Source: Deinococcus sp. (GTDB lineage Bacteria > Deinococcota > Deinococci > Deinococcales > Deinococcaceae). From it: a DNA stretch of 64,000 nt. The DNA is taken from positions 128,001 to 192,000 of the forward strand of contig OZ253375.1 in assembly GCA_965261005.1 (NCBI GenBank), in the 5' to 3' direction. The position numbers and the translations under genes are program-made. Within the stretch, counting starts at the first letter, position 1. Each line of letters opens with the position of its first letter. Positions 53,174-63,327 of the stretch are shown here, one piece after another. The notes under the pieces were generated by a model. That model saw only the letters and a program-made list of their open reading frames with translations, searched no databases and was not told the origin of the DNA.

Positions 53174-56040
53174 TTAAGTTACCCTCGCTGTCGTAATCGT
53201 AGTAGGTAAAGCGTTCCTTGCCGGCGTTGACCATGCTCAGGCCGGTGTCTTCCGAACGGGTTGGGCGGTCATACCCGTCATACGAGTAATAGACGGCCCC
53301 ACGGGCAGGCTCGGTACGGCTGATCACCCGCCCCAGGCTGTCGCGCTGAAAGGTGGTCGTGAGGTCGCTGCCGTCTATCTCGCGCAGCGTGCTTTGCGCG
53401 ACCTCGCCGCTAGGGTGGTAGCTGGTGCTGACAAAGCTGCCGCCGGGCCGCACCTCCTTGACAGTGCGGTCGAGGGTGTCATAGCTGGTGGTAGTGGTGT
53501 AGGCGTTGTCGGCGAGCTGGCTGCTGACCCGGCCGTAGCTGTCGTACTGGTAGCTGGTCTTTGCGTGCGGTTTGACAACGGCCGTCAGGCGGCCGAGCGA
53601 GTTGTCCTGCGTCGTGGCGTACTGGTAGTCGGTAACGTTCTGCGGCGTGCCTTCCCAACTGCTGTCGAGTTCGCCCGAGCCGTAGTAGGTCCACATCTTC
53701 CTGCTGGCGTAGATGGGCGAGTTGTCGATTTTGAGGGCGTAGACCGTTTCCCACACCGGCTGTCCGTAGCCGTTGTACGAGCGCAGGACCAGGTGGCCTT
53801 TCTGGCCGCCCGCCGTGTCGGAGGCGAAGTTCGGCCCGATCTCCTGGGCGACGTCGCCAAAGGCGTCGTAGAGGTAGCTGACCGACTTGTCGCCGGTTGT
53901 CACCTTGCTGGGCAGATCGCCATATTGCTTGGTGTTGGCGGCGTTCTGGGCGGGAATGTCCCCGGTGGCGCCGGGCGTGTAGTCGCCCCACATCTCACCG
54001 CTGTGGTAGGCCGTGGTCGTGGTGCGGGTCTGTCCGGCCCCGACGCGCTGCGACTGGGTCAGGCGTCCTTGCTCGTCGTAGGTGTCGGTGGTGTGGCGCT
54101 TCTCGGCGCCGCCGACCTTGAAGGTCGTCGTCTCGGTGTTGATTGCCGTAAAGACCTGTTTGCCGCTGGTGAAGCTGTAGTCGGCGTAGCCGTGGTAGTC
54201 GCCGGTCGCGCTGTAGCCGTAGGTGCCGTCCGCCGGACTGCTGGTAATCGCGCTTTGGAGGCGGTTGTCGGCGTTGTAGTCGAAGAGGGTATGGCGCACG
54301 TAGCCGCCGGGTTCGCCCGAGCCGGTGTTGGTGACGGCCGTGGCGTAGAGCGTCTGTCGGGTGAGGTTGCCGCGTGCGTCGTAAGCGTAGTGGGTGGTCT
54401 TGCCGCTCGGTTCCTGCACCGAGGACGTGAAGCCGCTCGGGTCATACTGGTACTTCCACTCCAGGTCGGTGTCCTTGACGCTGGACACGTAGTCGCGGAC
54501 CTTCTTCGAGCGCAGCTGGCCGCCCTTGTCGAACTGGTAGACGCTGCGCTTGTCGCCCTGCGTCTCCGTGACCTGCGTCCCGAGATAGGTGCCAGAGGTC
54601 CCGTAGCTGTAGCTGGTGTCGGGTTCGCCGGTCTGAGACACCGAGGCTACCTTGCTGCCCGCGTCGTCGTAGGTATAAGTGGTCGTCCGCCAGCCCGCGC
54701 CCGGACTGCCCTCACTCACGCCGTCGCTCAGGGTGGGGCGCTTGACGCGCTTGAGCAGCACCTTACTGTTCTTCTGCTCGTAGTCGAAGCTGTACCAGCG
54801 CGACGTGATGGGACGTGCATTGCGGAAAGTGGTCGTGCCGGTTCGGCCCGTTAAGGCGCGGTAAGCCATGTAGGTCACGACCCTCTGGCCACCGATGGTG
54901 CTGTAGGCGAACGCCATCCGGCGCGCCCAGGTCGTTTCCTGATTCGTCTCGTCGCCGACCAGTATGCAGATGTCGCCCAGCGTGCCGTCCGGAAAGTAGT
55001 CGTAGACGGTGACCCGCCCCCACTGGTCCTTGACCTTGCTCAGCAGTCCAAGGTTCGTGTCCTTGTAGGTCAGCTGGGTCTTGTAGGTGGTGTTGAACCC
55101 CTCGGGATCGCCGGCCTTGGCGCCGAGGTACTGTTGGGAGCGGTTCTGGGTGTAGTCGGCGTACTCACCGTCGCCCCAAAAGATGCTGCGGTTGCCGTCG
55201 TGGTCGTAGTAGTGCGCGACCTTGCTCGCGCCGCTGGGCACGACGACGATCCACTCCTCGGGGGTCTGGGTGCCCGTCTGCGTGCGCGAATGGTAGAACT
55301 TGGCCCCGCTCACGCCCTGATAGCGCGCGATCCACGAGGACACCGCGCTGAAGTTCGGCGTGACGGTATCGAAGTTGAGGCTGCTGCCGTCCCCCTCACC
55401 GATGGAAAGGCTGCTGCCCGGCGCAAAGGTCTTGCTGTAGCCGTAAAGCCGCAGCCGGGCGGTCAAGTTCCAGTTGCCGAACATCGCCCCCTTGTTGTCG
55501 CCGTCCTTGAGATCGTTGTTGCGCGACAGCTGGCCCAGGTCCAGGTAGACGTTGCCGCTCGCCAGGTTGATGGCGTCCTCGACGTCGCCGAAGCCTGGCG
55601 CGTCAAAGGCCATCACGTCCAGCGGCAGACGCGACACGCCCGCGCCAACCCGCGCGAACACGTCCGGCGCCGCCGCCGCGATGCCCAGCGGCAAGTTGGT
55701 GCTGAGAAAGTAGACTGCCGCGAGCGAGATGGCCCGCCAATTGAGGGGTTTCTTCCGAGACGCCATGAAGTCAACCTGGGAAGGGTGAGACATGGCTGAA
55801 GCTTATGGCTTTCTGACCGCGATGTGAGGAAGTGCAAGTTAAGTGAAGAGAGTGTTAAAAACTTGTGGTTGTGACGGACGCCGGTGAAGAGCGAGGGTGA
55901 GCACTCGAAGAATATCTATCTAGAGCGGATTTTTTTCGGTCACTCCAGACATGCCGTGTGGGGTATTCTCCCCAAATTTCTCACAATCTTTTCCGCTCTT
56001 CCCTTCACCACCCCCTTCTCCGATGTGCCATGATCTGGCG

Positions 56041-57219
56041 ATGCCTTCATCTATGAGGAGATTGAACGCGGCGCCCTCTCATCTGTTGGGGCTGGCTTTG
56101 CTGCTTTCGGCGTGCGGCCAGACGGATGACAAGGGGCCGCCCAGCCTCTCGATCACCTCGCCGGCGGTGGGTCAGGCGGTCAGCGGCACGGTGAGCGTGC
56201 AGGTGGCGGCGGCGGACGACACCGGGGTGAAGAAGGTCAGCGTCTACGCCCGCTCGGTGGGCAGCCAGGTCAAGGGCGTCCCCGTCGGCAGCGCCACCCA
56301 AGCTCCCTTCGCGGTGTCGTGGTTCACGCCACAGTTGCCCAACTTTAGCGACCTGGAGCTGTATGCCGTCGCGCTGGACACGGTGGGCAACGAGGCCACG
56401 TCCGACCCAGTCAAGGTCAAGGTGCAAAACCCCGGCTTGCCGGTGCTGGGCTACTTCGTCGGCTTCAACCTGCCGCCGGATACGAGGCCGGGGATAAGCA
56501 GCGTGAAGGGGCAGGATTTGGTGCCCGGCCCGGTCCTGAAGAGCGTACAGGTGCAGCAGATCAAGCCGCCTGCCGGTATCAAGCTCAAACCCCTCGCAAA
56601 ACGTGCCCCCATTCACGCCCTCGCGGCGGATGGCCGGACGCTGTCGGTGCAGTGGGGCTGGCCGACTTATCCGGGGGCGGAGGGGTACGGCCTCTATTTG
56701 AGCGCCGGCGACATTGCCGGACCGTACACGCACCAGCGCAACCAGGCAGCCGGCACCGCCGGGGACCAGACCTTCAGCCGCAACGTCACGGCGGACGAGG
56801 CGGCGGGATCGCTGTTCGGGGCCATCACGGTGCTGACCCAAAACAGGACCGTGGAGAGCGGCCTGTCCAACGCCGACGGGGCCAGCTTCATGGGCTATGC
56901 CCAGCAGTCCGCCTCACCCGCCGACGGGCAGAAGCTGCTCGACGGGAGGCCGGTCCTGACCTGGAACGCGAACCCGCAGGCGCAGGGGTATCTGTACTAC
57001 ATCTTCGACAAGAACCCCTTCGATTCCACCGGCAAGATCGTCTGGACCAACGCCCCACGAAGCACGGACGACAAGCAGCTGAGCGCCACGTATCCGAACA
57101 GCCTCGCCCCGCTGCCAAGTGGGACGTACTACTGGTGGGTGGCTGGGGTGGAGTTCAACGGGAACGACCAGGCGGACGCTTTCTCCTTCAGCGCCCCGAA
57201 AAGCTTCGTGGTGCCGTGA
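56041..57219 (+). CDS. Lipoprotein with bacterial Ig-like (Big) domain
   Basis: Lipobox LSAC; PPSLSITSP..VSGTVSVQVAAADDTGV..AVALDTVGNEATS. Confidence 0.8.
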   Translation: MPSSMRRLNAAPSHLLGLALLLSACGQTDDKGPPSLSITSPAVGQAVSGTVSVQVAAADDTGVKKVSVYARSVGSQVKGVPVGSATQAPFAVSWFTPQLPNFSDLELYAVALDTVGNEATSDPVKVKVQNPGLPVLGYFVGFNLPPDTRPGISSVKGQDLVPGPVLKSVQVQQIKPPAGIKLKPLAKRAPIHALAADGRTLSVQWGWPTYPGAEGYGLYLSAGDIAGPYTHQRNQAAGTAGDQTFSRNVTADEAAGSLFGAITVLTQNRTVESGLSNADGASFMGYAQQSASPADGQKLLDGRPVLTWNANPQAQGYLYYIFDKNPFDSTGKIVWTNAPRSTDDKQLSATYPNSLAPLPSGTYYWWVAGVEFNGNDQADAFSFSAPKSFVVP

Positions 57220-59240
57220 AGACAAAATTTGGTCTCTTGCTGCCCCTGTTGCTGGCCGCCTGTGGGGGGAGTCCGGCCAGTCCGCACTACAGCCTGAACG
57301 CGGTCTTGCCCAGCCCCGCCACGCCGGGGGAGGCGCTCACCGTGTTCGGCAACCTGCCTTCTAATGCCAAGCTGACCTTGGATGGTCTTGACATCGAGAG
57401 CGTGGCGGTGTCGGGCGGCGTGCGGGTGATGTTGCCCGAACGCGAGACCGCCGGCGACCACCTGATCAAGGTACAGGGGACTGACCTCGCCGGCAACGCC
57501 CAGGTGATTCCCAGGCTGGACGCCGTGACGCTCAACCAAGGGACCCTTACCCTGCGTGGGGTGGGCTGGACGCAGGACGGGAAGCTGGCGACAGGCGTAC
57601 AGACTTATTTGAACGGCTCGCCGGTGATACCTGTTTTAAAGAACGACGATCTGAGCGTCCCACTTCCTTCTGTTGGCGTCTACGGCGCGCTGAGCGTGCG
57701 GGTGGCGGTCGGCGCTTACAGCAGCCAAACCACCACCCTGCTGCACGAGGCGGCGGCGGTCAGGGGGACGGTCAAGCTGCCGGCGAGTACAGCGCAGGTC
57801 CAAGGGCAAGCCATTTCGCTCAGCACACCTCTTCTGGACAAGAAGACCTTGATCGTCAAAGGTGCTTTGGATCGAGTTACCCTTTCCGGTCTGACGTCCC
57901 GCTCCAACTTGTCCTCCCTACATCTGACCCGCTTGAGCTTCCGAGATGAGCCGTCAGCTGAACATGCTCTGCTGCAACTCCGAGCTTTTCCCAACGTCCA
58001 AGGCGTCTCTTACGATCGTTTGATGCGCACCGACGGTGTTCAGTCTCAAGGTGCCCCCACCCCAACCGGCCTCGGGAAGCAGTGGTTCTGGCCGTTGGAG
58101 GGCGTTCCCGACACTTGGAAGGTGACCCAGGGTGAGGGCGTCACGGTGGCGGTGGTGGACACCGGCGTGGCGCTGGATCACCCCGACCTCAAGGCCAACC
58201 TGCTTCCGGGGCACGACTTCGTGGACGAGGACGCCCTGCCGGAAGACCACGTCGGCCACGGCACCCACGTCGCCGGTTTGATCGCCGCGAATGGACAGGT
58301 CTCCGGGGCGGCCCCTAGAGCTAAGCTGCTGCCTGTCCGCGTGATCGACACCGACCGGGGCGGCAGCGCCTTTACGGTCGCGCAGGGGCTGCTGTGGGCG
58401 GCGAACCTGCTGGATGGCGTGCCCAACCCCCACCCGGCCCAGATCGTCAACCTCTCCCTCGGCACCCCCGACGACAGCGACGCCCTCAGGGAGGCGGTCA
58501 GCAAGGTGCAAGGGGCCGGCGTCTTGGTGGTGGCGGCGACCGGGAACACCGGGGGCGGCCTCAACTATCCGGCGGCGTATCCCGGCGTGCTGTCGGTGAC
58601 GGCGGTGGCGGGTCCCACCACAACCTACCAGCCCGGCTACGCCAGCAAGGGACCCGGCACGGCCATCAGCGCCTACGGCGGCGACCTCGGCGCCGACCAG
58701 GACGGCGACGGGGTGCGCGACGGCGTCCTGTCAACCGATCTGGTGGGTGGCGCTCCTGGGTATGGGCTGCGGATGGGCACCTCGATGGCGAGTCCACAGG
58801 TGGCTGGGATGGCCGCGCTGGCGTTGTCCGCCGGCACGCCGGGGAAGCTCCTGCGCGACACCTTGCTCAGCACGTCCACGGACCTCGGCCCCCTCGGCGA
58901 GGACCTCCAGTTCGGGCGCGGGCTGGTCAGCGGGCGGGCGGCCCGGCCACTCAAACCGCGCAGCTACCTGCTGGCCCTGGGTGACCAGAACCAAGTCCTG
59001 AGCTGGACGCCGGTTTCCTCGGACGGGAGCTTTGTGCTGGGCAACCTCGATCCGGTGACTTCGGTCCACCTGGTCGCCGCCAGCGACAACGATGGAAACG
59101 GGGTGCTGGGCGAGGCGGGCGAGCTGGTCTCCCAGCCGACCGCGACCTTAACCCTCAAGGCCGGCACCGTTCTCGACCTGCCCGCCCTTCAACTCGAACC
59201 GTCGAAGGGGAACGTCACCTACTTGCTGGAGCAGAAATGA
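57216..59240 (+). CDS. S8 (subtilisin-like) protease lipoprotein with N-terminal Ig/IPT-like domains
   Basis: GTG 57216, lipobox LAAC; triad VAVVDTG, HGTHVAG, GTSMASP. Confidence 0.92.
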   Translation: MKTKFGLLLPLLLAACGGSPASPHYSLNAVLPSPATPGEALTVFGNLPSNAKLTLDGLDIESVAVSGGVRVMLPERETAGDHLIKVQGTDLAGNAQVIPRLDAVTLNQGTLTLRGVGWTQDGKLATGVQTYLNGSPVIPVLKNDDLSVPLPSVGVYGALSVRVAVGAYSSQTTTLLHEAAAVRGTVKLPASTAQVQGQAISLSTPLLDKKTLIVKGALDRVTLSGLTSRSNLSSLHLTRLSFRDEPSAEHALLQLRAFPNVQGVSYDRLMRTDGVQSQGAPTPTGLGKQWFWPLEGVPDTWKVTQGEGVTVAVVDTGVALDHPDLKANLLPGHDFVDEDALPEDHVGHGTHVAGLIAANGQVSGAAPRAKLLPVRVIDTDRGGSAFTVAQGLLWAANLLDGVPNPHPAQIVNLSLGTPDDSDALREAVSKVQGAGVLVVAATGNTGGGLNYPAAYPGVLSVTAVAGPTTTYQPGYASKGPGTAISAYGGDLGADQDGDGVRDGVLSTDLVGGAPGYGLRMGTSMASPQVAGMAALALSAGTPGKLLRDTLLSTSTDLGPLGEDLQFGRGLVSGRAARPLKPRSYLLALGDQNQVLSWTPVSSDGSFVLGNLDPVTSVHLVAASDNDGNGVLGEAGELVSQPTATLTLKAGTVLDLPALQLEPSKGNVTYLLEQK

Positions 59241-60634
59241 ACCTTCGCGCCCTCACCTTGGCCCTCTTGCTGCTCCACGCCCCCTTCGCTTCAGCCCAGG
59301 AGGTGTCGCCCCCGGTCACCCCGCCCGGCCCGGCGGCGGCCCCAGAACCGGTGATGCCCACACCCGCCATGCCGCAACCGGCTTCACCCGAACCGACGCC
59401 CGCGCTGCCCCCGGTGCCGAGTCCCGCCCCGGTCACCGCGCCGCTGCCGCTGAGTCCCTTGCCGGCAGGTCCCGGTTCTCCAGTCCCGCAGACCCCAACG
59501 CCGCAGACCCTGACGCCCGTGAGTCAGGGCGCCGATCTGGTGATCACCTCGCCCGAGGTCGTGCGCTACCGCTACGACCCGGTGCGCGGCACCGTCACCC
59601 TGCCCAACGTCCGCCCGCTCGACGCCAGCAGGTTCCCCGAGGGCACCCGCTGGACCCAACAGGGCGCCGACCTGGTGATCACCCTCGTGCCCGGCGCGCA
59701 GCTCTTCCTGTCGCCCGACAACAAGCGGCTCACCATTGCCCCACCTCAAGTCAGTTCCCCCATTCCCGCCGACGAGCGCGCGCCGCTGTTCATGCCGCTG
59801 TCGAGCGCCGACCCGGCCCAGGTGGCGGCCCTGATCAGCAGCTTGTACGCCAACGTGCGGGTGCAGGTCGATCCCCGCCAACGGGCGCTGCTGATCCTGG
59901 TCAACCCGGCCGACCGCCAACTGGTGGCCGACCTGGTCAGGCAGCTCGACCGCGAACGGCCGCAGGTGATGTTCGAGGCCGAGATTCTGGAGGTCAACCA
60001 GGACTTGACCCAGTCGCTGGGCCTCCAGTACGACTCGATCTTCACCTTCAAGCTGATCGAGGATGGGGACGGCAGCGCGGCCCAACTGCTCAAGCTGGGC
60101 GGGCTGAACCGCAACCCGCTGACCCTGCAACTCGGCCTCAACGCGCTCAAGACCAACGGGGCGGCCACGGTGCTGGCCCAGCCGCGCATCACGACGCTCG
60201 ACGGGGTGGAGGCGCGCATCAACTCGACCCAGACGACGCCGGTGGGACTGCCCGGCAGCGGGGTGTCGGTGGGCAGCGTCCAGAACATCACCACCGGCAT
60301 CACCCTGCGCCTGCTGCCCAGGGTGGCCCCCGACGGGACGGTGGAGGCCAGCCTCACCATCAGCGTGTCGAGTCCCACCGGCACGACCTCGCAGGGGATA
60401 CCGCAGTACTCCAGCCGCGAGGCCAGCACCACCGTGCGCGTCCGCAACGGTGAACCCATCGCCATCGGCGGCCTGCTGGAGAACCGCAAGGTCGAGGGCA
60501 CCCAGAAGGTCCCCATCCTGGGCGACTTGCCCCTGATCGGCGGCCTCTTCACCACCACCCGCACCGACACCCACCACACCGACCTCGTCATCGTCGTTAC
60601 ACCCCGGCTCGTCCTCAGTCCCAATCAGAAGTGA
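59237..60634 (+). CDS. Secretin (type II/III secretion system protein family)
   Basis: Signal peptide; LD..RPQVMFEAEILEV, LAQPRITT, IAIGGLL, KVPILGDLPLIGGLF, LVIVVTPR. Confidence 0.92.
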   Translation: MNLRALTLALLLLHAPFASAQEVSPPVTPPGPAAAPEPVMPTPAMPQPASPEPTPALPPVPSPAPVTAPLPLSPLPAGPGSPVPQTPTPQTLTPVSQGADLVITSPEVVRYRYDPVRGTVTLPNVRPLDASRFPEGTRWTQQGADLVITLVPGAQLFLSPDNKRLTIAPPQVSSPIPADERAPLFMPLSSADPAQVAALISSLYANVRVQVDPRQRALLILVNPADRQLVADLVRQLDRERPQVMFEAEILEVNQDLTQSLGLQYDSIFTFKLIEDGDGSAAQLLKLGGLNRNPLTLQLGLNALKTNGAATVLAQPRITTLDGVEARINSTQTTPVGLPGSGVSVGSVQNITTGITLRLLPRVAPDGTVEASLTISVSSPTGTTSQGIPQYSSREASTTVRVRNGEPIAIGGLLENRKVEGTQKVPILGDLPLIGGLFTTTRTDTHHTDLVIVVTPRLVLSPNQK

Positions 60635-61089
60635 AGGAGGTGAACGGGATACATCCAGCGGTAAAACGGCTTCTTCCCCTACTGGCCCTGCTGCTGGTCG
60701 CCTGCGCGCCCAGGCAGAGCGCGCCCAGTGAGCTGCCCGTCACCGCGCTGGATGGGGCGGCCTACCAACAGCTGGTGAGCGGCTTCGAACCGGTGTTCCA
60801 AGAACTCGGCGTCACGGTGTCGCGGGCCAGCGTGTACCGCTACGACGGCGATCAGCCCGGCGCCTTCGAGCAGGCCATCAACCGCTTCTACCGGACCTAT
60901 CCCAAGTTCTGCCCGCTGACGAGCGCTTTTTACCCGCGCGGGGACGACCCGGTCTACATGACCGTGACCGCGAACGGCAGAGAGGTGCGCGCCTTGGTCT
61001 ACGACCAGGCACAGCGCCCCAAGCTCACCTTCGCCTTCCTGGAAGGTGAAAGCAGAGAGGCATTGTCCACCGTCGCGTGCAAGCGATAA
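60631..61089 (+). CDS. Small lipoprotein (possible pilotin)
   Basis: Lipobox LVAC; coupled to the secretin stop. Confidence 0.7.
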   Translation: MKEVNGIHPAVKRLLPLLALLLVACAPRQSAPSELPVTALDGAAYQQLVSGFEPVFQELGVTVSRASVYRYDGDQPGAFEQAINRFYRTYPKFCPLTSAFYPRGDDPVYMTVTANGREVRALVYDQAQRPKLTFAFLEGESREALSTVACKR

Positions 61090-61105
61090 GGATACGGGCT
61101 TGCCC

Positions 61106-61957
61106 TCAAAACACCACCGTCTTGTTGCCGTCCACCAGCACGCGGTCCTCGACGTGGGCTTTCACAGCGCGCGCCAACACCGTGCGCTCGATGTCGCGCC
61201 CGACGCGCACGAGGGCGGCCAAATCGTCGCGGTGCGAGACGCGCGCCACGTCCTGCTCGATGATGGGGCCGGCGTCCAGTTCCTCGGTGACGTAGTGGGC
61301 CGTCGCCCCGATGATCTTGACGCCGCGCGTGAGGGCGCTTTTGTAGGGGTTGGCGCCCACAAAGGCGGGCAAAAAGGAGTGGTGGATGTTGATGACCGGC
61401 ACGCCGACCCTTCGCAAGAAGTCCCCCGACAGAATCTGCATGTAGCGCGCCAACACCACGAAGTCGCAGCGGTCTTGCAGGGCGCCGAGCAGCTTCTCCT
61501 CGGCGGCGGCCTTATCCCGCGGCACCACCTCGAAGGGAGAGCCGAAGGCGTCCGCGTCGCCGCGCAAATCGGGGTGGTTGGACAGAATTATGGGAAGTTC
61601 CACGTTCAGCTCGCCGCGCCGCACGCGCCACAGCAAGTCGAGCAGACAATGGTCGGTCTTGCTGACCAGGACGGCCATGCGCTTTTTGTCGGCGGCGTAG
61701 CTGAGGCGCCAGTCCATGCCGAGGGGCCGCGCGACCGCCCCTTCAAAGGCGTGCCCGAACTGCGTCCTGTCCAGATCCAAGCCGTCCAAAAAGAACTCCA
61801 TGCGCATGAAGAACTGCCCGCCCTGCGGGTCGGTGCTGTGCTGATCGCTGGAGAGGATGTTGGCCCCGTGCGCGAACAGAAACTGCGACACGGCGGCCAC
61901 AATGCCGGGCCGGTCGGGGCAGGCGATCAGCAAGCGGGCGGTGTGGGGCGCGGACAT
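61106..61957 (-). CDS. purU: Formyltetrahydrofolate deformylase
   Basis: [33 protein letters not shown]. Confidence 0.96.
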   Translation of the reverse strand: MSAPHTARLLIACPDRPGIVAAVSQFLFAHGANILSSDQHSTDPQGGQFFMRMEFFLDGLDLDRTQFGHAFEGAVARPLGMDWRLSYAADKKRMAVLVSKTDHCLLDLLWRVRRGELNVELPIILSNHPDLRGDADAFGSPFEVVPRDKAAAEEKLLGALQDRCDFVVLARYMQILSGDFLRRVGVPVINIHHSFLPAFVGANPYKSALTRGVKIIGATAHYVTEELDAGPIIEQDVARVSHRDDLAALVRVGRDIERTVLARAVKAHVEDRVLVDGNKTVVF

Positions 61958-62036
61958 GCTGCGAGCTTATGGCATGGCCCGCCCCCAGCGCGTAGGATGC
62001 GGTGTCATCGTCAGTCCCGCCCCTTCAGGAGGAATC

Positions 62037-63257
62037 ATGCAAGAATCACCCCTACAAGCGTTGATCGCCGCGCGCATGCGCAACGTCAAGCCCTCGTTCG
62101 TCCGGCAAGTCCTCAAGGCCGCCGGCCGCAAGGATTTGATTTCGTTCGCGGGCGGGTTGCCCGCGCCGGAACTCTTCGACGTGGAGGGGCTGCGGGGGGC
62201 GGCCCTGACGGCCCTCGATCAAGACCCGGCCGGCGCGTTGCAGTACGGCGCCACCGAGGGCCACGCCGGTTTGCGCGCCGAGCTGGCGGGGCTGATGGCC
62301 TCGCGCGGGGCCGGGGTGGACGCCGACCAGCTGATCGTGACGACCGGCTCGCAGCAGGGGATTGACCTGCTGGCGCGCACCCTGCTCGACCCCGGCGACG
62401 TCGTGCTGCTGGAGCAACCCTCCTACCTGGCGGCCATTCAGGTCTTTGAGCTGGCCCAGGCCCACATGCGCGGCGTGGCCTCGGACGGCGAGGGGCTGCG
62501 CCCGGACGACTTGGAGCGCCAGATTCTGGATTTGCTGGAGCGCGGCAAGCGGCCCAAGCTGATCTATCTGGTCGCCACCTTTGCCAACCCCTCGGGGGCC
62601 ACCCTCAGCCGCGAGCGCAGAGTTCAGGTGCTGCGCTTGGCCGCCAAGCACGGCATTGTCGTCGTCGAGGACGACCCCTACTCCGAGCTGCGCTTCCGGG
62701 GCGAGCCGGTCACGCCCATGATCGGCTTGACGGACGAGGTGCCCGGTTCGGCCGAGCTGACCTGCTACCTCTCCACCTTGTCCAAGGTGGTCTCGCCGGG
62801 ATTGCGCGTCGGCTGGATGGCGCTGCCGGCTTGGCTGCGCGACCAGGTGACCATTGTCAAGCAGGCCAGCGACCTGCACGCCAGCACCTTTGCCCAGCAC
62901 GTCGCCTACCGCTACTTGCAAAGCGGCCGGCTGGAAGCGCACATCCCCAGAATTCGCGCCGCCTACCAAGAGCGCGGCGAGGCGATGATGGCCTCGTTGG
63001 CGCGCCAGTTGCCCGGCGTGCTGGAGTTCGACTCGCCCGAGGGCGGCATGTTCCTGTGGGCCAAGATGGCGCCAGGGGTGGACACCGCGCAACTGGTGAA
63101 AAAGGCGGTGGACGCTGGCGTGATCTACGTGCCGGGGGTCCCCTTCTTTGCCGACCCGGCGGGCAACGGCCACTTCCTGCGCCTCTCCTTTGTCACCTCC
63201 GGCCCGGATGTGATCGAGGAGGGCGTGCGGCGATTGGCGAGCGTGATGATGGACTAG
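62037..63257 (+). CDS. PLP-dependent class I aminotransferase (LysN-like)
   Basis: ISFAGGLP, EDDPY, STLSK..PGLRVGW, GGMF. Confidence 0.9.
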   Translation: MQESPLQALIAARMRNVKPSFVRQVLKAAGRKDLISFAGGLPAPELFDVEGLRGAALTALDQDPAGALQYGATEGHAGLRAELAGLMASRGAGVDADQLIVTTGSQQGIDLLARTLLDPGDVVLLEQPSYLAAIQVFELAQAHMRGVASDGEGLRPDDLERQILDLLERGKRPKLIYLVATFANPSGATLSRERRVQVLRLAAKHGIVVVEDDPYSELRFRGEPVTPMIGLTDEVPGSAELTCYLSTLSKVVSPGLRVGWMALPAWLRDQVTIVKQASDLHASTFAQHVAYRYLQSGRLEAHIPRIRAAYQERGEAMMASLARQLPGVLEFDSPEGGMFLWAKMAPGVDTAQLVKKAVDAGVIYVPGVPFFADPAGNGHFLRLSFVTSGPDVIEEGVRRLASVMMD

Positions 63258-63259
63258 AA

Positions 63260-63300
63260 ACCCCCCGCCCCGACCCTCCCCCTCAAGGGGGGAGGGAGAA
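63260..63300. repeat. REP-like palindrome
   Basis: Near reverse complement of the unit at 6042-6081. Confidence 0.7.
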
Positions 63301-63327
63301 AGGACTGGGCGCTGCTAACTTATCCCC

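Larger units (their letters stand above)
45998..55793 (-). pseudogene. RHS/YD polymorphic toxin (signal peptide-RHS-Pro linker-preTG-HINT-Ntox24-like), split by two IS
   Basis: YD repeats; HINT 47212-47670; C-terminal YRVD..Y..KRVD..H..TPHV; 2574-aa frame restored when both IS are removed. Confidence 0.92.

Noticed and set aside
45998..55793. T6SS-delivered Rhs effector
   Set aside because: No PAAR, VgrG or chaperone signature seen; the N-terminus looks like a Sec signal.
55951..61089. Complete T2SS or type IV pilus cluster
   Set aside because: No ATPase, pilins or platform genes in the window; they could exist elsewhere in the genome.
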